From: an uncultured Candidatus Saccharibacteria bacterium
Lineage (GTDB): Bacteria > Patescibacteriota > Minisyncoccia > UBA6257 > GWB1-50-10
NCBI GenBank assembly: GCA_964372445.1
Contig: CAYJQO010000001.1
Span: 1 to 53,674 of the forward strand
Reading direction: 5' to 3'
DNA length: 53,674 nucleotides
Shown here: piece by piece, positions 26,670 to 34,601 of the stretch
Layout of the letters: each line of letters starts with the position of its first letter
Numbering within the stretch: the first letter of the stretch is position 1
Notes under the pieces: model-generated
What the model was told of the DNA's origin: nothing
What the model saw: only the letters and a program-made list of their open reading frames with translations
Database searches by the model: none
Translations under genes and position numbers: made by a program

Positions 26670-27500
26670 CTAGGGCAAACCGCCTCGCGCATCCTTCACC
26701 CTCCGGTAGAGCAGGTAGGGAAAGGGAAACACGCGGAGCACCAGGAAGAGGAAACAGAGAGCGCTGAGCAAACAGTACGGAATGATGAAGTGCGGGTACG
26801 CTCCGCGGTGCTTCCATATCACCCGGCGGGTCGCCACGAAGTCCTGGTAACGTGCGCGTGCCAGACCCCTCTGCCGCGCATCGGACTTCCGGTAACAGAC
26901 GGCGTGGTCCGGCAAGATCGCTAGCTTCCCCTGCTTCGCCAGCTTCATCCACAGGTCGTAGTCCTTCCCGCGGGGGAAATCGGCATCGTACCCGCCCACG
27001 GCGAGTGCCGTGGCCCGCCGGTACAGCACGCTGGAGTGTGCGATGGGGTTGCTCCAGAAGAAATGGTTCCTGATGTCCGCATCGCTCAACCGGTACCGGC
27101 TGCGGGCAATCTCAACGTTGGTGACGGGATTCATCACGATGATGTTTGTGGCGACCAGCACCGTATCCGGGTGCTCGTCGAGGAACGCAACCTGCCACTC
27201 CAGCTTGCGTGGGTCAACCCAGAGATCATCGTCATCGAGGATCGCGATGAGCTCACCCCGCGCCACCTGTAGCCCCTCATTGAGTGCAGCCACAGGTCCA
27301 AGGTGCTGCTCGTGCCTGATGTAGTGAACGCGGGCATCAGCGCACGCTCGAACGACGCCCTCGGTTTCATCGTCAGACCCATCGTCTATCACGATGAGCT
27401 CAAAATCCTTGTAGGTTTGGCCCAGGACGCTCGCCATGGCGCCTCGGAGACGTTCCGCCCGGTTGCGCGTGGTAATAATGACGCTCACCTTGAGCTGCAT
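26670..27500 (-). CDS. Glycosyltransferase family 2
   Basis: VSVIITTRNRAERL...QTYKDFELIVIDDGSDD and DDDD motifs. Confidence 0.88.
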   Translation of the reverse strand: MQLKVSVIITTRNRAERLRGAMASVLGQTYKDFELIVIDDGSDDETEGVVRACADARVHYIRHEQHLGPVAALNEGLQVARGELIAILDDDDLWVDPRKLEWQVAFLDEHPDTVLVATNIIVMNPVTNVEIARSRYRLSDADIRNHFFWSNPIAHSSVLYRRATALAVGGYDADFPRGKDYDLWMKLAKQGKLAILPDHAVCYRKSDARQRGLARARYQDFVATRRVIWKHRGAYPHFIIPYCLLSALCFLFLVLRVFPFPYLLYRRVKDARGGLP

Positions 27501-27608
27501 AGATTAGTGGACGCTGGTCAAGTAAGTATACTAGAATGGTACAGCGCAGGTAGCAACGTGTGCACTGCCAATGGTGATGCCACGCCTCGAACAAACGCGG
27601 CGTACCCC

Positions 27609-28274
27609 ATGATGAACCGCATGGAAACGTACGACCGCGCTCGACAGTTCAGGCTCGAACCGATCGAGTTTCTCAAAAAGCTTGACTTCCTCAACTGGTA
27701 CCGTTTCTATTTCATCGTCAAAGAGGTTGGGAATCACGGGAGCAGGCATGTCCTCGAAGTTGGCCCTGGCGAGGGTGCCATCAAGCGGGTGCTCGAGCCG
27801 TTCGTGGAGCGCTACGAAACTATGGACGTGAACGCGAAGCTCACGCCAGACCACCACACGGACGTGCGGGACCGCAGAACGAACCTGGAGCACCGGTTCG
27901 ACTGCGTGATCGCCGCGGACATCCTCGAACACATTCCGTTCGCAGACCTCGGGCGGGCGCTCGAGAACCTACAGCGCTATCTCCGCCAGGGCGGCATTGC
28001 GCTCATTACCATTCCCCACCGCGCTTGGTTTATTTTTGTTATGAATTGGCTTACCTACAAGCATCACGTGGTACGGGCTCCGGATTGGATGAGGAAAACC
28101 TACAGCCGCCTTCACGGCAGAAAAAACTGGATCGACTCCGACCACCAGGGGGCAATTGGTGATGGTTACCACGCCAGCCAAGACGTTGAGCGAGTGATGG
28201 AACAGGCGGGTTTTAAAATCGACGAGCACCGGAAACTCCTCTACGTTGATTTTTGGGTATTACTGAAGACATGA
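27609..28274 (+). CDS. Class I SAM-dependent methyltransferase
   Basis: Motif I VLEVGPGEG and later DILEHIP. Start moved to ATG 27609; the longer track ORF overlaps the divergent GT2 gene. Confidence 0.75.
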   Translation: MMNRMETYDRARQFRLEPIEFLKKLDFLNWYRFYFIVKEVGNHGSRHVLEVGPGEGAIKRVLEPFVERYETMDVNAKLTPDHHTDVRDRRTNLEHRFDCVIAADILEHIPFADLGRALENLQRYLRQGGIALITIPHRAWFIFVMNWLTYKHHVVRAPDWMRKTYSRLHGRKNWIDSDHQGAIGDGYHASQDVERVMEQAGFKIDEHRKLLYVDFWVLLKT

Positions 28275-29545
28275 GATTCCGATCTGCTATTGCCGCTGCC
28301 GGCAAAACGTTTCGTACCACAAACATCTCGCGACGCGTGCAGCGGATTGTCATCTCGCCCATCAAAGAGATGTCTATCCTCGCGGATGAGCTTGAATCGA
28401 GAACCGGCAAATCACTCATCTCGTTCGGCCAGGGCATCCCCTACTTCGATACGCCACCCCACGTGAAGGCCGGGGTACGGCGCGCCCTCCGCGAACCTGA
28501 CACCGCGAAGTACACGCTCGAGCCAGGCATCACCGAGCTCCGCGAGCTCATCGCACGGCACCTTGAACGGTCCAAGGGCATCCGCCGCGTTCGGCCGAAG
28601 GCCGAGGTCATGGTCACGACCGGCTGCCAGGAGGCCATGGCCTGTGCCCTGGCTACCGTGATTGACCCAGGCGACGAGGTGCTCCTCCCCGAGCCGGCGT
28701 TCGCTTCCCACATTGAGCAGATCATCCAGTTCGGGGGCACCCCGGCGTTCGTACCACTCATCGAGGAGAAGGGCTGGCGGCTCGATCTCAAAGCTTGCGA
28801 GCGGCGCATCACGAAAAAAACCAAGGCGATCCTTATGAGCAACCCCTCGAATCCGACCGGCGCAGTGCTCTCCTCCCGAGAGGTTCGTGCGCTCGCCGCG
28901 CTCGCCCAGCGGCATGACCTCATTGTGATCACCGACGAAACCTACGATTTCCTCACCTACGATGGGGTACGGCACGTCTCTCCGGCGAGCATCCCAGCAA
29001 TCCGGGATCGGGTCATCCTCTGTGGTAGCTTCTCAAAAAAGTATGCCTTGACCGGCTACCGCGTCGGGTACGCCTTCGCCGACGAGGGGATTATCGACCA
29101 CATGCTCAAGGTGCACGATGCCTTGACGATTTGCGCGCCGGCCATTTCCCAGAAAGCGGCCATCGCAGCGCTCAAGGGTCCTACCGGCACCGTCCGGGAA
29201 TTCGTACGCAAGCTCACCGTGAACCGGGAACGCATGTGCCGAGAGCTGGATACCTTCTCACCACTCTTCTCGTACCAACGGCCGATGGGTGCCTACTACA
29301 TCTTGGTCAAGGTAAACCGTCCGCACGCTCGTGGTGAGCAACATCAAACCATTAATTCGTTCAAGCTGGCACTGAAGATTCTCCGCGAGGCACGCGTGGT
29401 GGTAATCCCAGGCGCCGCTTTCGGACCGTCGGGTGAAGGACACCTCCGCTTCTCCTTCGCCGGCGAACCGAAGCTTATCGCCGAGGGTTTCGCCCGGCTG
29501 CGACGGTGGGCAAAGCAGTGGGTAGCAGCTGGCTATCCGTTGTAG
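28271..29545 (+). CDS. PLP-dependent aminotransferase, class I/II (AspC-like)
   Basis: SFSKKYALTGYRVGY Lys motif and SNPSNPTG. ATGA overlap with the upstream gene. Confidence 0.88.
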   Translation: MRFRSAIAAAGKTFRTTNISRRVQRIVISPIKEMSILADELESRTGKSLISFGQGIPYFDTPPHVKAGVRRALREPDTAKYTLEPGITELRELIARHLERSKGIRRVRPKAEVMVTTGCQEAMACALATVIDPGDEVLLPEPAFASHIEQIIQFGGTPAFVPLIEEKGWRLDLKACERRITKKTKAILMSNPSNPTGAVLSSREVRALAALAQRHDLIVITDETYDFLTYDGVRHVSPASIPAIRDRVILCGSFSKKYALTGYRVGYAFADEGIIDHMLKVHDALTICAPAISQKAAIAALKGPTGTVREFVRKLTVNRERMCRELDTFSPLFSYQRPMGAYYILVKVNRPHARGEQHQTINSFKLALKILREARVVVIPGAAFGPSGEGHLRFSFAGEPKLIAEGFARLRRWAKQWVAAGYPL

Positions 29546-29549
29546 CCAA

Positions 29550-30332
29550 ATGGAACCAAGGAAACGAGAGGAAATTGAGCACTACGACCGCCTCGCCCGG
29601 GAGTGGCAGGAACAGCACGCCGCGAGCGGCGGTCCAACTGACGTTGAAGGGTACGACGTCAACCTTTTCGCAAGCTACCGATTCGCCTACGAACTCCTGC
29701 GCCAGTACGTGCCCGGCAAGCGGGTGCTGGACTACGGTTGCGGCCACGGCATGCATACGGTGCCGATCGCCAAAATGGGCGCGAACGAAGTGGTGGGCAT
29801 TGATCTCTCTAGGGAGTCGCTCGTAATCGCAAGGGAACGCGCCGCGCTCGCCGGCGTAGCAGATAAAATCAAACTCCTCAAGATGGACGCCGAGGCGCTT
29901 GATTTCCCCGATAGCTCCTTCGACGTGGTCTTCGACGGAGGCACCTTCTCCTCGATCGATTTCGCGAAGGGCTTGGCCGAGATCAAGCGTGTCCTCCGGC
30001 CGGGCGGCTACCTCATCGGCATCGAGACCCTGGGCCACAACCCGCTCGCCAACCTCAAGCGGTGGTTGAACCAGAGGCGCGGCATTCGTACCGCGTGGGC
30101 CGTTGCGCACATTTTGAAAATGAAGGATCTCGCGTTCGCCCGCACGCTCCTCACGCCAATCGAGCTCCGCTTCTTCCATCTCACCTCGCTCATCGGGATA
30201 CCTTTCTGGAATCTCCCCGGCGCCAGCGTGCTTGTGAACACGCTCGAGGGGGTGGACTCGCTCCTCCTCTCAAACCCTTTCCTCAAGCGGTACGCCTTCA
30301 AGGTACTGTTTGTGTACCAAAGGAAAATGTGA
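29550..30332 (+). CDS. Class I SAM-dependent methyltransferase
   Basis: VLDYGCGHGMH motif I and LRPGGYL motif. Confidence 0.85.
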   Translation: MEPRKREEIEHYDRLAREWQEQHAASGGPTDVEGYDVNLFASYRFAYELLRQYVPGKRVLDYGCGHGMHTVPIAKMGANEVVGIDLSRESLVIARERAALAGVADKIKLLKMDAEALDFPDSSFDVVFDGGTFSSIDFAKGLAEIKRVLRPGGYLIGIETLGHNPLANLKRWLNQRRGIRTAWAVAHILKMKDLAFARTLLTPIELRFFHLTSLIGIPFWNLPGASVLVNTLEGVDSLLLSNPFLKRYAFKVLFVYQRKM

Positions 30333-30347
30333 TTTTTGAAAGAAATG

Positions 30348-30378
30348 AAAAGCCCCGCTCTTTCGAGTGGGGCTTTTT
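30348..30378. terminator. Bidirectional intrinsic terminator between convergent genes
   Basis: AAAA GCCCCGCTC TTTC GAGTGGGGC TTTTT: a 9-bp stem flanked by an A-run and a T-run. Confidence 0.7.
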
Positions 30379-30404
30379 GCTATGGCACTGAACCCAAGCC
30401 ACTC

Positions 30405-31307
30405 CTAGAACTCAATCGCGATTGCCGTTGCTTCGGCAAAATTCATGTAGTTCGTCGTTTTGGCCGCATCCTCAACTCGCCGCGCCTCGGCAAGCACCTG
30501 GTGGAGCCCTCCGCAACGGTAGCGCTCGAGCATTGCCTGGCCGATCGCATGTGAATCACCGCCCTTCATCACCTCCCATGGCACCATGCCATCGGTGAAA
30601 AGGATGAGCGTTTGGACCTCACTGGTCCGGAACTCCTTCCGATGCCATGTAAGTTCCAGGCGAGGTTGGCCATTCAAGAAAGTGTAACCCATAAGGCCTC
30701 CCGGGTTGTTCACGTTGTCCCGGCGTGCCTCGCTGAGGATGGGGAAGAACCGATCCCACATCTCGGCCCGTACGCGGTTCCGCGTCCCCTCGTCAGTCGA
30801 AGCAAGGTCAACGTTCCATTCGTCGGCAACATGCCTCATAATTGAGTCAATCGTCTCGTTGAGCCTTTTCTCAACGAGGAAGTTCTGGATCTCGGTAGCG
30901 TAAAACCGGCCCGATTTGAAACCCACGACCGCAAGGGTATCGCCGCCCTGGATTACCTCAACGGTCTCCGGCGTGACCTTGGTGAAAGCGAACGCCGCTC
31001 CCGGTAAGAGGTCGGCGCGGTCCAATGGGATGCCCCTGCCCTGCATGATCTTTCCCACCGCGAGGTTTGCCCGTCTCACCACCTCATCGATCGGCACACC
31101 AGCATCCTCAAGCGCATAGAACGTCCGCTCAATTTCTCGCGCCACCATCTCGCCACCGTTCAAGCCGTCGCCGAATACCATCGGCGGGTTTGAGGGGCTG
31201 TAGGGCGCGGGCGTCCCATCGAACACTCCGAAGAACGGCATGCACACGACGTAACTATTCTCCTTGGTTTTCGACGACCCGGCGTCGTACAACGTTTCGA
31301 TTCGCAT
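30405..31307 (-). CDS. Divergent PP2C-like phosphatase-fold protein
   Basis: PP2C-like motif order: FFGVFDG, QGGDTLAV, LILFTDGM, and C-terminal EATAIAIEF. No strong family match can be asserted by eye. Confidence 0.5.
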   Translation of the reverse strand: MRIETLYDAGSSKTKENSYVVCMPFFGVFDGTPAPYSPSNPPMVFGDGLNGGEMVAREIERTFYALEDAGVPIDEVVRRANLAVGKIMQGRGIPLDRADLLPGAAFAFTKVTPETVEVIQGGDTLAVVGFKSGRFYATEIQNFLVEKRLNETIDSIMRHVADEWNVDLASTDEGTRNRVRAEMWDRFFPILSEARRDNVNNPGGLMGYTFLNGQPRLELTWHRKEFRTSEVQTLILFTDGMVPWEVMKGGDSHAIGQAMLERYRCGGLHQVLAEARRVEDAAKTTNYMNFAEATAIAIEF

Positions 31308-31451
31308 CCGTAAAATCTCCTATGTAGTTAATGCGAAAAGAATTTTCCAATTCTAAGCTATGGCTAATATAGCATATGATGACCAATCTGTCAATTACCC
31401 GCTTCCAAATTTGGCTTATCTCTTCTACTATGTAGTAGAACTGATCTGGCT

Positions 31452-32051
31452 ATGACGAAGCGCCTCTTCGATCTGTTTCTCGCCTCGTTCGGGGCTATTA
31501 TCCTCTCCCCGTTCATCGCGGGGCTTGCGGTTGCCATCAAGCTTAACTCGCCTGGCCCGGTATTCTACCGTGGCATTCGGATGGGGAAGGATTGGAAACC
31601 GTTCCGAATCTTTAAGTTCCGGACTATGGTGTCCGATGCCGAAGCGCTGGGTGGCCCTTCCACCCGCGAAGCCGACCCGCGGCTCACGAACGTGGGCAGA
31701 TTCTTGCGCCGGTGGAAGCTCGACGAGCTCCCGCAGCTCTTCAACGTCATCATGGGCGAGATGAGTTTAGTCGGGCCTCGACCAGAAGTTCCCGAGTATG
31801 CTAACCTCTACCGAGGGGATGAGCGCATCGTCTATACCGTTCGGCCAGGCATCACCGACTACGCCTCGCTCTGGAACTCAAATGAGGCCGCAATCCTCGC
31901 CGGAGCCAAAGATACCGCTGAAACCGAGCGGATCTACCTCGAGCGAATCCGCCCGGAGAAGGTGCGGCTCCAAATGAAGTATGTGCGGGAAATGTCTTTA
32001 TGGACAGATATTACAATAATCTTTGCCACCATTAAGAAAATATTTCTTTAG
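31452..32051 (+). CDS. Small initiating phosphoglycosyl transferase (PglC/WbaP-C-type bacterial sugar transferase)
   Basis: KRLFDL..., re-entrant hydrophobic helix, KFRTM, DELPQLFNV..G.MSLVGPRP. Confidence 0.9.
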   Translation: MTKRLFDLFLASFGAIILSPFIAGLAVAIKLNSPGPVFYRGIRMGKDWKPFRIFKFRTMVSDAEALGGPSTREADPRLTNVGRFLRRWKLDELPQLFNVIMGEMSLVGPRPEVPEYANLYRGDERIVYTVRPGITDYASLWNSNEAAILAGAKDTAETERIYLERIRPEKVRLQMKYVREMSLWTDITIIFATIKKIFL

Positions 32052-32158
32052 CAGTTGATGCGCGGCTATGAATATATATGAGTAATAGTCCATCTGTATG
32101 GAACCTTTGACGCGGGGTTCCTGCCCACTATATTGAGAAGCCTTGCGTACCTGCAAAA

Positions 32159-32935
32159 ATGATTGATTACCACAGCATAGCCACCGAAGCGAGAAAAAAG
32201 GTGCTTGAGATGATCTATCGGGCACAGTCGAGCCACATCGGCAGCAACTTCAGCTGCATTGATATCTTGAGCGTGCTCTTCGAAAAAATGGACTTCCAGA
32301 AGGATAAGTTCATCGCGAGCAAGGGTTGGGTAGCGGCATCCGTGTACTATTTTCTGGCGCAGAAGGGAATCGTCCCAAGAGAGGACCTGGAGCGCTACTG
32401 CCAACCGGGCGAAAAGGTGTACATCGGCCTCGTGGAACCACAGGGAAAGTTCGGCTTAGAGTTCGCAGGCGGGAGCATGGGGTACGGCCTCCCCGCTGGG
32501 GTCGGCTTCGCGCTGGCCAAGAAAATGAACAAAGAAGAGGGAAGGGTTCATGTCCTCGCGAGCGACGGAGAAATGCAGATAGGAACGGTATGGGAATCGA
32601 TCCTCATCGCCAAGCAACATAACCTCGCAAACCTCGTAGTGTGGGTGGACAACAACCGGTTCCAGGCAATGGGACCAACCAAGGAGATTTTGAACATCGA
32701 ACCGCTCGATGAACGGGTAGCACCTTTCGGCTGGGTGGTTCAAAGAATAGACGGCCATGACTTCGAAGCGATCGGAAAGGCCGTTGAGGGTCTAGCTCCA
32801 TCATCTCCTACGATGATCATCTGCGATACCATTAAGGGAAAGGGGTGGAAAAGAGCGGAAAATAACAATCTCTACCACTACAAGAACCTCTCGGAAGAGG
32901 AATACCAGGAAGCGCTAACCGAGTTACATGGCTGA
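32159..32935 (+). CDS. Transketolase, N-terminal (ThDP-binding) subunit
   Basis: 258 aa with GS.GYGL..G.G.A and DGE...G..WE motifs of split transketolases. Confidence 0.88.
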   Translation: MIDYHSIATEARKKVLEMIYRAQSSHIGSNFSCIDILSVLFEKMDFQKDKFIASKGWVAASVYYFLAQKGIVPREDLERYCQPGEKVYIGLVEPQGKFGLEFAGGSMGYGLPAGVGFALAKKMNKEEGRVHVLASDGEMQIGTVWESILIAKQHNLANLVVWVDNNRFQAMGPTKEILNIEPLDERVAPFGWVVQRIDGHDFEAIGKAVEGLAPSSPTMIICDTIKGKGWKRAENNNLYHYKNLSEEEYQEALTELHG

Positions 32936-33434
32936 AATAGTTCAACAGTCAGATAACCGCCGGGTTTTCATCGACACGCTCTGCGAGCTGGCGGAAAAAG
33001 ACAAGGATATTGTTTTTATCATCCCAGATGTCGGTTTCAACTATGCTGAGAAATTTCAAAAACTCTACCCGGAGCGCTACTTTAATTTTGGCGTGACCGA
33101 AGCCAGTTCAACTATTATTGCCGCTGCTCTCGCCTTGAGCGGCAAGAAGCCCTACCTCTACTCTATGATTAACTTCGTCACGTTCCGGGTGCACGAGATG
33201 GTACGAAATGCTATCTGCATGCATAAGGCAAATGTGAAAATTTTGGGTGTTAGGGGGAGCGAGAAGTACACGTTCCTTGGGTTCAGCCACAACCTCCTCC
33301 GGGAAAACGAGGAAGTGGATTTCCTAGACAAACTTCCGGGGATGAAGACGTACCTCCCGATGAGTCCTGCGGAGACAAGGGCAGCAATACTGAAATCGTA
33401 CGGGGAACCTAACCCTGCCTACATTCGACTCTGA
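32928..33434 (+). CDS. Transketolase pyrimidine-binding subunit, short form (no C-terminal domain)
   Basis: 168 aa with FNFGVTEAS and an ending of ...PAYIRL. It overlaps the upstream subunit by 8 nt. Usual C-terminal subunits are about 300 aa (established knowledge). Confidence 0.8.
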   Translation: MAEIVQQSDNRRVFIDTLCELAEKDKDIVFIIPDVGFNYAEKFQKLYPERYFNFGVTEASSTIIAAALALSGKKPYLYSMINFVTFRVHEMVRNAICMHKANVKILGVRGSEKYTFLGFSHNLLRENEEVDFLDKLPGMKTYLPMSPAETRAAILKSYGEPNPAYIRL

Positions 33435-33439
33435 CGAAC

Positions 33440-34561
33440 ATGGCCTACCGCGTTCGCTTCGCCAATCCGCAGCAGCAGTACCAGGACCACCGCGATGAGT
33501 TCATCGCGGCCTTTGACGACGTGCTCTCGCGGGGGGATATCGTGTTGCGCAAGGACCTCGCACAGTTCGAGGAGAGCTTCGCCCAATTCGTCGGCACACG
33601 GTACGCCATCGGCGTGAACTCCGGTACTTCCGCTATCTGGCTAGGCATGCGCGCTGCCGGCATCGGCGCGGGCGACGAGGTTATCACGGTGGCGCACACG
33701 TTCATCGCCTCGATTTCCATCCCGTACCTCTTGGGCGCCAAGCCGGTCCTCATCGATGTCGGCAAGGATTTCAACATAAACCCGGCACTCATCGAGCAGG
33801 CGCTCACCAAACGCACCAAGGCGATTGAACCGGTGCACCTCAACGGCCGCTGCTGCGACATGGAGCCAATCCTGGATATCGCGAAGCGCAAGGGTCTCCT
33901 CGTCATTGAGGACGCGGCGCAGGCCCTGGGGGCGGGGCTCCAGCTCCACGATGGTACCTGGAAGAAAGCGGGTTCCTTCGGGGCGGCCGGGGCTTTCAGC
34001 CTCTACTGGGCCAAGACGCTCGGCGGCTTCGGCAACAACGGCGTGGTTACCACCGACGACCCCGAGGTCGCCGAGAAGGTCCGCCTCATGCGGTACAACG
34101 GCGAGGATCGCGAGACACGTCACTTCAAGTACCACAGCCACAACCTAATTATGGACAACCTCCACGCAGCCCTCCTGAACGTCAAGTTTAAATATTTCCC
34201 CTCCTGGCTCGAGCGCCGGCGGGCAATCGCTGAACGGTACCGCCAAGGGCTTTCCGGCTTCCCGGAGCTCGCGCTCCCCCACTTCGACCATCCACGGTTC
34301 CACGATACCTACACAAACTACGTGGTGCGCACGCCGCGACGCGACGAGCTCAAGGCGCACCTCGAGCGCGAAGGGGTGGAAACTATTATTTCGTGGCCAG
34401 TCCCCACGTACCGAGAGGAACTCCTCCTCCCAAACGACATCCACCTTCCAGAGACCGAACGGATCTGCACTGAGGTGCTCTCGCTCCCCATGTACCCCGA
34501 GCTCACCGACGAGCAGGTGGACCTCGTCATCGCCGCGGTCACAAAGTTCTACCGCGGGTAG
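33440..34561 (+). CDS. DegT/DnrJ/EryC1/StrS-family sugar aminotransferase (PglE-like)
   Basis: 373 aa. Same family motifs as 22548..23669, but clearly a distinct paralog. Confidence 0.92.
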   Translation: MAYRVRFANPQQQYQDHRDEFIAAFDDVLSRGDIVLRKDLAQFEESFAQFVGTRYAIGVNSGTSAIWLGMRAAGIGAGDEVITVAHTFIASISIPYLLGAKPVLIDVGKDFNINPALIEQALTKRTKAIEPVHLNGRCCDMEPILDIAKRKGLLVIEDAAQALGAGLQLHDGTWKKAGSFGAAGAFSLYWAKTLGGFGNNGVVTTDDPEVAEKVRLMRYNGEDRETRHFKYHSHNLIMDNLHAALLNVKFKYFPSWLERRRAIAERYRQGLSGFPELALPHFDHPRFHDTYTNYVVRTPRRDELKAHLEREGVETIISWPVPTYREELLLPNDIHLPETERICTEVLSLPMYPELTDEQVDLVIAAVTKFYRG

Positions 34562-34601
34562 CCGCCGGGCGTCCGCGGAGGTTGACGGTCGGAAGCTGCT
34601 A

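Noticed and set aside
26635-26952. 105-aa minus-strand ORF
   Set aside because: It is an off-frame overlap with the GT2 gene 26670..27500, which carries clear GT-A motifs.
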